From positions 64,001 to 128,000 of the forward strand of contig JBILLK010000026.1 in assembly GCA_044376115.1 (NCBI GenBank): a stretch of DNA of 64,000 nt, read 5' to 3'. The position numbers and the translations under genes are program-made. Each line of letters opens with the position of its first letter. The first letter of the stretch is position 1. Positions 18,293-26,160 of this stretch are shown one piece after another. The notes under the pieces are model-generated. The model made no database searches. It worked only from the letters and a program-made list of their open reading frames with translations, and was not told where the DNA came from. Source of the stretch: Polyangiaceae bacterium. Its GTDB lineage: Bacteria > Myxococcota_A > Polyangia > Polyangiales > Polyangiaceae.

Positions 18293-19579
18293 ATGCCGCG
18301 ATTGAGATGGGTGCTTGGAGCGATGTGGCTCGTGGGATGCGGGGATGACGGTCGCGCGGGCGGCGGCGGTGCGGGAGCCGATCCTCAGGGTGGCGCGGCC
18401 GAGGGCGGCGGCGGAAGCGCGAATGGCGGCGGGGGCTTGAGCCAAGGCGGTGCCGGCGAGAGCGGCGGCGGAGGGGCGAGCCAGGGCGGTGCTGGCGGAA
18501 GCGAGATCGGCGGCGGCGGTGCTGGCGGAGGAGCGCTCCGCTTGGGAGCGAGCTGCGATGACCCAGCTCAGTGCGCGTCTGGCGCTTGCGCCGACGGGGT
18601 GTGTTGCGATGCAGCGTGCGACTCGGGATGCGACGCGTGCACGCCGGATCTCACCGGTGCGCCCGCGGGCAGCTGCGCGCCGATGCTATCGGGCGCGCTG
18701 TGTCGCGCCGCGAACGACGTGTGCGACGTCGAGGAGACGTGTGACGGGAGCTCGGTGGATTGCCCGGCCGATGCGGTCGCGTTGGCCGGCACCTCGTGTC
18801 GCGCCGGTGCGGACCTTTGCGACCTCGAAGAGTACTGCGACGGGCTGGTCACGAGCTGCCCACTCGATGCGAAAGAACCAACCACCACCGTCTGCCGGTC
18901 TGCAGCGGGGCCGTGCGACCTCGAGGAGTATTGCTCGGGCGGCGACGCCTGCGCTCCGGACGAGCTCGCGGCCATTGGCACACCGTCTACCTGCAGCCCG
19001 TATCTATGCACCGGTGCGGACGTCGACTGCCCATCGACCTGCAACAGCGATGCGAGTTGCGCCAGCGGCCTGCTGTGCGTCGATAGCGCATGCCAGGCCG
19101 TGAAGCGCGTGTTCGTCACCAGCAGCGAGCACACCGGAAACCTCGGCGGGCAGGCTGGGGGCGACGGCATCTGTCAGACCCGCGCACAAGCCGCCGGCCT
19201 ACCGGGCAGCTACAAAGCGTGGCTGACCGGCAGCCTCGGGACGCCGCTCACCACGTTCACTCAGTTCCAGGGCCCGTACGTTCGTATCGATGGTGTGAAG
19301 GTCGCCGACAACTTCGCCGACCTCACCGACGTCACCATCGATGCGCCAATCACGGTTACCGATACCGGCGCGAGCCTCGCCGCCATGGGCTTCGTCCCGG
19401 TATGGACAGGCACCAACTCACTCGGCAACGCGCAGGGGGCCAACTGCCTCAACTGGACCAACGCAACCTCGAGCTTCACGGGCTGGAACGGCAACGCCCT
19501 GGTGTCGGCGTTCCAGTGGACGTCCTTGAACGGCAGAGACTGCAATCAGCCTGCGCGCCTCTACTGCTTCGAGCAGTAG
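18293..19579 (+). CDS. lipoprotein with disintegrin-like Cys repeats and C-terminal DUF1554/endostatin-like domain
   Basis: LVGC-GDD lipobox, Gly linker, 3x CR....CD.EE.C.G; VFVTSS..TGNLGG.AGGD.ICQ..A..AGL.GSYKAWL ... LYCFEQ; RBS aaggag. Confidence 0.85.
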   Translation: MPRLRWVLGAMWLVGCGDDGRAGGGGAGADPQGGAAEGGGGSANGGGGLSQGGAGESGGGGASQGGAGGSEIGGGGAGGGALRLGASCDDPAQCASGACADGVCCDAACDSGCDACTPDLTGAPAGSCAPMLSGALCRAANDVCDVEETCDGSSVDCPADAVALAGTSCRAGADLCDLEEYCDGLVTSCPLDAKEPTTTVCRSAAGPCDLEEYCSGGDACAPDELAAIGTPSTCSPYLCTGADVDCPSTCNSDASCASGLLCVDSACQAVKRVFVTSSEHTGNLGGQAGGDGICQTRAQAAGLPGSYKAWLTGSLGTPLTTFTQFQGPYVRIDGVKVADNFADLTDVTIDAPITVTDTGASLAAMGFVPVWTGTNSLGNAQGANCLNWTNATSSFTGWNGNALVSAFQWTSLNGRDCNQPARLYCFEQ

Positions 19580-19592
19580 AGGAAATCGAAGC

Positions 19593-20618
19593 TCAAACGC
19601 CCTGCGGCTCGCAGGCGCCGGTGGGGATCGTTTGATCGGTGCACGGCAAGCAGGCGAAGCCATCGGGGCAGTTGGACTGCAGGTCGATCGTGAATGGACT
19701 CGTATCCATCATCTCGATCATCACCGACTGTTCCTCGACCTCTGGGATACAGCGCGGCAAACAAGCCGCATCGTCAGACGCGGTCTTGGCGATAATCAAG
19801 ATATCCAGTTCGCACGGCGCACCTTGGAAGAAGCCCTGCGCCGCGACCTGCTCGTAAACGATGTCCGGAACGCAAACCGTCCCAGCCTCGCCCAGGCCTT
19901 CACACTCCACCTTGTCGAAGCGTTTTGCAGCCTGCTCGCCCACGAGCTCCAGCGGCAAACAATGACCGCCCGCCTTGTTCTGACAACACGGCTTGAACAC
20001 GTTCTCCTCGGCCGCCGTCAGCGGCGGCTCATCACAGGAGAGGCCGCACGCTCCGGTGGGCTCGCCAGTGAATGGATCATAACAGGGCGTGCAAAGCTCA
20101 CCGGGCTGACAACCAGCGTCTGGGAGAAAGCCTGCTTGCGCCGCAACCGGCGGCAAACATGCGGATAGGCATCGCCCCTCGAAGCCCTTCACCGAAGAGC
20201 AATTCACCAGATCAAACTGATTGAACGTGGCAATGAACAGCTCCGGCACGCACTTCTTGCCGTCGGGGCAATCGGCGAGCAACGACGACTGCTCCTCCGA
20301 AATGCCGGCGATGGCCGGGTCCACACAGCGCGAGGGCTGACCACAAACCTCCGACGGACATGGCTCGAACAGGTCGACCAGCGCTTGATCCGGGCACTCG
20401 CGAACGCAGGTGGTTGCGTCCTCGACGCACGGCCCCGCGCCCCCACCAGCAGCAGCACCGCTGCCCTCCGCGCCACTTCCGTTCGCCCCTGCAGCGCCGC
20501 TACCGCCACCTCCGCTGGGCGCACCACCCGCCGCGTCATCCCCACAACCCCCGAGCCCCAAGACCAAGGGAGCAACGACGAACCAGCTTCGTTTGACCAT
20601 CACCACCGATGTTCGCAT
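19593..20618 (-). CDS. Cys-rich lipoprotein of unknown function (paralog of 2917-3939)
   Basis: LGGC-GDD lipobox, Gly linker, EGRCLSACLP..C.PCYDP.TG..TGAC. Confidence 0.8.
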   Translation of the reverse strand: MRTSVVMVKRSWFVVAPLVLGLGGCGDDAAGGAPSGGGGSGAAGANGSGAEGSGAAAGGGAGPCVEDATTCVRECPDQALVDLFEPCPSEVCGQPSRCVDPAIAGISEEQSSLLADCPDGKKCVPELFIATFNQFDLVNCSSVKGFEGRCLSACLPPVAAQAGFLPDAGCQPGELCTPCYDPFTGEPTGACGLSCDEPPLTAAEENVFKPCCQNKAGGHCLPLELVGEQAAKRFDKVECEGLGEAGTVCVPDIVYEQVAAQGFFQGAPCELDILIIAKTASDDAACLPRCIPEVEEQSVMIEMMDTSPFTIDLQSNCPDGFACLPCTDQTIPTGACEPQGV

Positions 20619-20750
20619 AGGTCGCACGTCGTGAGGATGGGCGGCCGAACGCGGGACCGCGGGACGCCTCGGCGCGCCAAGGGACGCGGCGGAGCGGCCT
20701 GAGGATGGGCCTTTCTGTCGCATCCCACGATCGGCCTGCGACCTCGGCAG

Positions 20751-23477
20751 TCAGCGCGTGACGCGTCCCCGGCGCTTGATACGCCGTGCGCCTGCGAACG
20801 CCATCGCTAGCGCAGCGAGATACCCGAAGTCACCGTTGCGGTCGGTGCTCGCCAGGTTGCATGTGCACTTCGACTGGTCGCAGCTGTTCTCTCCAGCGCG
20901 ATTCTCCGAGCACTGCGAGGACACATCGTCGCCGCCGCTGCCGTTGTCACCACCATTGCCTGCGCCGCCGTTGCTAGCGCCACCGTTGCCGTTGGCGCCG
21001 CCGACTCCGTTGCCCCCGCCTTCTCCGCCCGCGCCGGTGGAAGGCAGGCACTCGCCGTTGTCACACGCCCCTGCACTGCAAGGAGTTCCGTCGGGCTTTG
21101 GCGTGTGGGTGCAACCCTCATCCGCATCGCAGCCGTCCTCGGTGCATTCGGCTGCGTCGTTGCAATCGAGCGGCAATCCGCCTTGGCATTGACCTTGAGC
21201 GTCGCAGGTCGTGTTGACCACGCAAAGATCGCCGAGCACGCAGGGTGCACCTTCCGCTAGCGGAACGTTCACACAGCCGCCGCCTTCACACAGGTCTGCC
21301 GTGCAAGCATTCCCGTCCGCGCAGGTCTCGGCGTCCGGTGGGACTTGGCACTCCCCGGCCTGGCAGGTAGCGCTCGCGCAACCGATCATGCACGCCGAAC
21401 CGTCCGCTCGCGGCGCCGACACACAGCCGGTGGCCTGGTTGCAGCTCTCGTCGGTGCACGGGTTTTGGTCGTCGCACAGCACTTGGGAACCGGCGTTACA
21501 GTTGAAGTTGTTGCCACACGTGTCCCCAACGGTGCAGGCATTCCCATCACTGCAGGCGTCGCCTACCGGAACCGGAACCAGCGGGCACTCGAGCGCGATG
21601 CCGTCGCATACCTCCTGGTAGAGGCACGCGTCGACGTAGGGCTGACAGACATGGCCGGCCACCGTCGGGCCACATACCCCGTCAACAGCTCCTCCGGCTG
21701 CAACGCTACAAGCTTGGCAATCGAAAGGATTGCTTTGACCACACGGCGTGTCACAGCAAACACCGTCCGCGGAGAACGCACACCCAGTGTCTGCGACGCT
21801 ATACAAGTAATAGGTGCCTACGTTGGGGGCCGGCGGGTTCGTCGGGGAAGGAACGGTGGGAAGTAACGCCGTTCCTCCAGAAAGAAGTGATTTGAAGCCA
21901 GCCCGTTGAACGGGTGGAGTGAGCAGCTGCTGGTACGCCCAAGCGCTGCCTTGCCGCTCATACAAGTAGGCCGCGAATGTCGGGTACTCGAAGTCGCCGA
22001 GGTTCACCAGCTGATCGAAGTGTGTGGAGACGAGCAACCGGTCGCCGTCCAAAACTGTTCGGAGGCCGAACGTACTGGTGTTCCCCGGTCCAAGCGGGTG
22101 GGTTAGCTGGACAGAGTCAGCGATCCACGCACTACCCACACGTTGAAAGGTTCGGATGCTGCCGTTGCAGCCAAGTGCCATTCGTGAGTTGCTTAGAGCG
22201 ATAGGCGTCTCCTGATAACAGCCAGGGCCAACAACAGTAGAGTCCTCCGTCCAGGTGGAACCCTGGCGAGTAAACGTGTGCACACTGCCTTGCATCTGCC
22301 CGAATCCGCCGCCTTGCATCACCAGCAGATCCCCTTGGAGAGCTACGTTGCGACCAAACACGTCGAGCTGGGGGCGGGTAAGAACTTGCTCGAGGGCCCA
22401 GCTACCGCCAGCGTTCCGGCGGTAGACGAAGACAGATTGGTCGTTGACGGCGCTAGCAGCCACGGTGTCCCCGTCGACGACGAGCGGGTGTCCGAAGAAC
22501 TGCACACTACTCGGAGGCACCAACTCACCTTGAACTGCCCAGGTGTTATCGGTTCGCTGGTACACCCGAACGCAGTCGGCGTTGTTGCAAATGCCCGTGA
22601 GCGCAATTGTGTCACCACGGATGCGACCAGCGGTCGCCAACTCCAACGTCGTCTCCAGACTCCAAACGACGCCGTTGCGCCGAAACACCTTGGTGCCCTG
22701 AACGCCGGGAACGATGAAGCGATCGCCGCTGAGGTCCGTTTCGAACGTATTGGGGTCGTTGACAGTCACCGCAGCCTGCAGGCTCACCAGCATCGGATCG
22801 ATCACCACTGGGAAGCGTGCAGCTCCGGTCTCCACCGTGATCACAAAGCCCTCTGCCTCCGCCTCGAGACGCGACACGAGCGATCGCCCGTCTGCATCGG
22901 CGGCCAGCAAGGTCCCAAGCCGATAGCCATCCCCACGCGCGCTCAATGCCAGCTCATTCGTCCCGGCCTGGCGCACCTCAGCACCGCGCACAGCAACGAA
23001 GATCTGCGTGCGCTCACAGCCCTTGTCTTCGTTCAAATTGAAGCCCTGCTCCAAGCCCAACGGCCCACCGAGCAGCCACTCCTCGACCGCCTGCAACGCG
23101 CCCGCGTGGCTTCGCTTCACCTCGTTACCGTCGAGCTCCAAGCCCGCCGCTTTCGTCGGCTCGAAGCGACCATCGCATGAGATGCCTCGCACCTCCAGCG
23201 TCAGATCGCTGGCCTGAGGCCCGACTACATGCGTCGCCGTACGCTCATGCCGTACGCTCGCAGCAATCGACGGCACCTCCCCAACAAGGTGGTTCGCCTC
23301 CTCGCGCAGCGCGTATGCCGGCCCGCCCTGCAACTGAAGCGCCCGCAGCCGCTGCACCTCCAGCGCACTACCCGCCGCTTCCTGCGGCAGCTCCTCCGGC
23401 GGAGCCTCCAGCGCGCCCTCCGTGCAAGCAGCCGAAAGCACGAGCAGACCAATCAACCCCAACCGAAGTTGTGTCAT
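20751..23477 (-). CDS. large surface protein: N-terminal beta domain, FG-GAP-like propeller, Cys-rich repeats, MYXO-CTERM
   Basis: RBS ggaggt; SAAC; FG..VALQGD and VFVYRR..G.W blades; C.DGNACT.D.C repeats; CTC..hydrophobic helix..RRIKRR tail. Confidence 0.85.
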   Translation of the reverse strand: MTQLRLGLIGLLVLSAACTEGALEAPPEELPQEAAGSALEVQRLRALQLQGGPAYALREEANHLVGEVPSIAASVRHERTATHVVGPQASDLTLEVRGISCDGRFEPTKAAGLELDGNEVKRSHAGALQAVEEWLLGGPLGLEQGFNLNEDKGCERTQIFVAVRGAEVRQAGTNELALSARGDGYRLGTLLAADADGRSLVSRLEAEAEGFVITVETGAARFPVVIDPMLVSLQAAVTVNDPNTFETDLSGDRFIVPGVQGTKVFRRNGVVWSLETTLELATAGRIRGDTIALTGICNNADCVRVYQRTDNTWAVQGELVPPSSVQFFGHPLVVDGDTVAASAVNDQSVFVYRRNAGGSWALEQVLTRPQLDVFGRNVALQGDLLVMQGGGFGQMQGSVHTFTRQGSTWTEDSTVVGPGCYQETPIALSNSRMALGCNGSIRTFQRVGSAWIADSVQLTHPLGPGNTSTFGLRTVLDGDRLLVSTHFDQLVNLGDFEYPTFAAYLYERQGSAWAYQQLLTPPVQRAGFKSLLSGGTALLPTVPSPTNPPAPNVGTYYLYSVADTGCAFSADGVCCDTPCGQSNPFDCQACSVAAGGAVDGVCGPTVAGHVCQPYVDACLYQEVCDGIALECPLVPVPVGDACSDGNACTVGDTCGNNFNCNAGSQVLCDDQNPCTDESCNQATGCVSAPRADGSACMIGCASATCQAGECQVPPDAETCADGNACTADLCEGGGCVNVPLAEGAPCVLGDLCVVNTTCDAQGQCQGGLPLDCNDAAECTEDGCDADEGCTHTPKPDGTPCSAGACDNGECLPSTGAGGEGGGNGVGGANGNGGASNGGAGNGGDNGSGGDDVSSQCSENRAGENSCDQSKCTCNLASTDRNGDFGYLAALAMAFAGARRIKRRGRVTR

Positions 23478-23676
23478 GGAGACCTCCCAAGTAGCCGCGA
23501 GCCCGCGGACAAAGCTTGAGCTACGTACGCCGGCTCTAAGCGATGCCCCCCGTCGCAAAGCTGCTCTTGGGTGGCCAGTGCGCTTCCGGCCCTCGTCCTC
23601 CCAGGTAGTGGTCGAACGCGCCGGCCATGCTCGCCAGCTCCAACAACTTCACTCACGGGGCGGTGCAACGCGCTCC

Positions 23677-23934
23677 CTACCGCCCGCTCACCTCCTGCGC
23701 CGGCACACAATCTCCCGTGGGGATGACCACCGCGCTCGGGCTATCGCCGATCTTGGGTCCGGGTCCCGAGTCGTAGCTCCCGGGCATCGAGCCGTCGGCG
23801 GGCAAGGAGGCTTGCTGCTCGGGGCAGCGCGGCAGACCTTCGCCCGCTGGGTCTTGCGCCGGTCGCGCAGACCGTGACATGCATGCCACAAGCGTGACAT
23901 TGAGCGACAACAGCAAGGCGTAATGGCGGCGCAT
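23677..23934 (-). CDS. small putative lipoprotein
   Basis: MRRHYALLLSLNVTLVAC lipobox-like start; short, low certainty. Confidence 0.4.
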   Translation of the reverse strand: MRRHYALLLSLNVTLVACMSRSARPAQDPAGEGLPRCPEQQASLPADGSMPGSYDSGPGPKIGDSPSAVVIPTGDCVPAQEVSGR

Positions 23935-23961
23935 CAACATGATGGCTCCCTTTGAGCAAGC

Positions 23962-24011
23962 CGCGCGCCGCGACTCCCGCTTCGCGCGCCGCGACTCCCC
24001 GCTTCGCGCGC
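23962..24011. repeat. 21/22-bp tandem repeat, about 2.3 copies, intergenic
   Basis: cgcgcgccgcgactccc(c)gctt repeated. Confidence 0.8.
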
Positions 24012-24058
24012 TCGCAGCGAGCCCCATCTTGCTTCGCCCTTCACGCTACCCTCGCCCC

Positions 24059-24607
24059 ATGCATCCTTCTCAGCGACCCACCCTGCGCGCTAGCGGCCTC
24101 CTCGTCGGTGCGGCCTGGTGCACGCTGCTCATACTGGCCTGCAGCGGGAGCCAACAACCGAACGGTAGCGAGCCGCAGCCCTCCACGCGGCTCAGCGCCG
24201 AGCCGCAGTCGAGTGAGCCGCAGCTGGCGACCAACGAGCCCGTACAACCGAAGACCATCGGCCCGGAGACGCTCGAGGAGTGTCGCGCGCTGCTGCCCAA
24301 TTGCACGCGGCTCGAGCTGCGCACCCACTCCATCTGCTACGGCAAAGCACCTCCGGAGACGGCGCCACGATCGCGGCGCTCGTGCGCCTGTCACGATTGC
24401 GACACCGACGCGGATTGCAGCCCCAAAACGCCGCCTACCAAAGGCTTTGGGCCACCCGTGAAGCGCACCATCGCCTGCCGCGAGATCTCTTCGACCTGCG
24501 GCCCCGGCGGTCGCACCTGCCTGAGCGCTTGCGATGAAGGCCGCTGCGGCAACCGAGAACGCTGCGAAGACGGCTTGTGTTGGCCGGTCGAGCAACTCCC
24601 GCCGTAA
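24059..24607 (+). CDS. small Cys-rich lipoprotein
   Basis: ILAC lipobox, Pro/Ser/Gln linker, Cys-rich C-terminus (CDTDADC, C..RERCEDGLC). Confidence 0.7.
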   Translation: MHPSQRPTLRASGLLVGAAWCTLLILACSGSQQPNGSEPQPSTRLSAEPQSSEPQLATNEPVQPKTIGPETLEECRALLPNCTRLELRTHSICYGKAPPETAPRSRRSCACHDCDTDADCSPKTPPTKGFGPPVKRTIACREISSTCGPGGRTCLSACDEGRCGNRERCEDGLCWPVEQLPP

Positions 24608-24704
24608 ACGCAACCTGTTCGCGGTTGAGCCCGCTGTTGGTGGTCCCGCAAAGCAACCGCGATCAAGGGTTTCATGAGCCGGGGCTTTGCGCTAAACCTT
24701 AAGC

Positions 24705-25355
24705 ATGCGAGCCCACACCCGAGAAACCCAAGCCTCGATGACCCCACAAAAAGCGCTCGAGTTCCTCCGTGAAGGGAACGCGCGCTTCGTCAACAACTTG
24801 CGGGCGCATCGCAACTTGCTCGAGCAAGTGAATGAGACGCGGGATGGGCAATTTCCTTTTGCCACCATCTTGAGCTGCATCGACAGCCGCACCTCGGCCG
24901 AGCTGATCTTCGACCAAGGCTTGGGTGACATCTTCAGCATCCGCATCGCCGGCAACGTCATCAACGAGGACATCCTCGGCTCGATGGAGTTTTCCTGCAA
25001 AGCCGCTGGCTCGCGGATTCTGTTGGTCCTCGGTCACAGCCAGTGTGGTGCCATCAAAGGCGCTTGCGACGGCGTGCAGCTCGGCAACTTGTCCACCCTC
25101 CTCAACAAGATCCAACCCTCGGTCTACCGCGAACGCTCCGTGACGGAGAACCGCACCTCCAAGAACGCGGAGTTCGTCGAGAAGGTCGCGCAGCTCCAAG
25201 TTCGTCGCTCGGTCGAGCAAGTCGTCGAGCACAGCGTCATACTCCGAGAAATGGTCGAAAAGGGCGAGATCATCCTGATCGGCGCGCACTACTCGGTCGA
25301 GACCGGCGCGGTCGAGTTCCTCGATGACACGATGCTCGGCGCCTCTCCCGCGTGA
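24705..25355 (+). CDS. beta-class carbonic anhydrase
   Basis: LREGNARF, GQFP, Zn ligands CIDSR and GHSQCGA, RIAGN, AHYSVETG. Confidence 0.96.
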   Translation: MRAHTRETQASMTPQKALEFLREGNARFVNNLRAHRNLLEQVNETRDGQFPFATILSCIDSRTSAELIFDQGLGDIFSIRIAGNVINEDILGSMEFSCKAAGSRILLVLGHSQCGAIKGACDGVQLGNLSTLLNKIQPSVYRERSVTENRTSKNAEFVEKVAQLQVRRSVEQVVEHSVILREMVEKGEIILIGAHYSVETGAVEFLDDTMLGASPA

Positions 25356-25943
25356 CTACGCCGATTGGGCTGGAAGCGCCGAACGAGTGAGCCGCGCGAC
25401 CAGCCCACCAATGAGCGGCAACTGCCACGCCCTCCCCTTGTGGACCGCAGACGCTGCGACCGCCGCCAGGATCGCCCCCAGCACGAACAACAGCGGAACA
25501 AGCACGTAGAGCCCCATGCTTACGGCCATCAGCCATTCGCTATCGGCCCGGCGCTGAGCCGACAACGCCCAACCGATCCGCAGCACCGCAAACAGCAGCG
25601 GGAGAACAAAAGCTGCACCGAAGGACATCGCCTGCAACGCCGCCGCCTGGGCCGCCGCATGCCGAACAAACGGCGCCTTCGCGCTCAGATAAACGAAGCC
25701 AGGACCGACGACCGGAATCAAAAAGAACGCGAGATGCGCCAGCACCGCCGTCGACCGGTCTCCATCGCTAGGCCCAGCCGGCCAAGGCTGCTGCGGCCAG
25801 GCCTGCTGACCGGCGGTCCCGGCGGCGGGATGTGGATGTGGCCAGGCCTGCTGACCGGCGGTCCCGGCGGCGGGATGTGGATGTGGCCAGGCCTGCTGAC
25901 CGGCGGCGGGATGCGGACGAGGTGGAGCTTGATTGGGTTGCAT
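25356..25943 (-). CDS. DUF4870-like membrane protein with Pro/Gln repeat N-terminus
   Basis: DRSTAVLAHL..GPGFVYL..FVRHAAAQA..Q, A..G..W.LPLIG. Confidence 0.75.
   Translation of the reverse strand: MQPNQAPPRPHPAAGQQAWPHPHPAAGTAGQQAWPHPHPAAGTAGQQAWPQQPWPAGPSDGDRSTAVLAHLAFFLIPVVGPGFVYLSAKAPFVRHAAAQAAALQAMSFGAAFVLPLLFAVLRIGWALSAQRRADSEWLMAVSMGLYVLVPLLFVLGAILAAVAASAVHKGRAWQLPLIGGLVARLTRSALPAQSA
25795..25913. repeat. 45-bp coding tandem repeat, about 2.5 copies
   Basis: Encodes GQQAWPHPHPAAGTA; first two copies identical. Confidence 0.9.
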
Positions 25944-26160
25944 GCTTGGATATCGGCCGCCCGAGCGAAACGTGGACACGAAACCGTACGCCCCGGTGCA
26001 CGAGCCGCTCGGTTTACCTGCGCCACCCGTCACAACCGGCGCTCGATGCGACATTAGGCGCCGCGATGGTTTATCGCACGCCCCAATGTCACATCCACGT
26101 CTCTCTCTATTCTCTCTCGCCTCTATCCACCACGTAAGCGAGGCGGGGCCGAGCGTCCCG

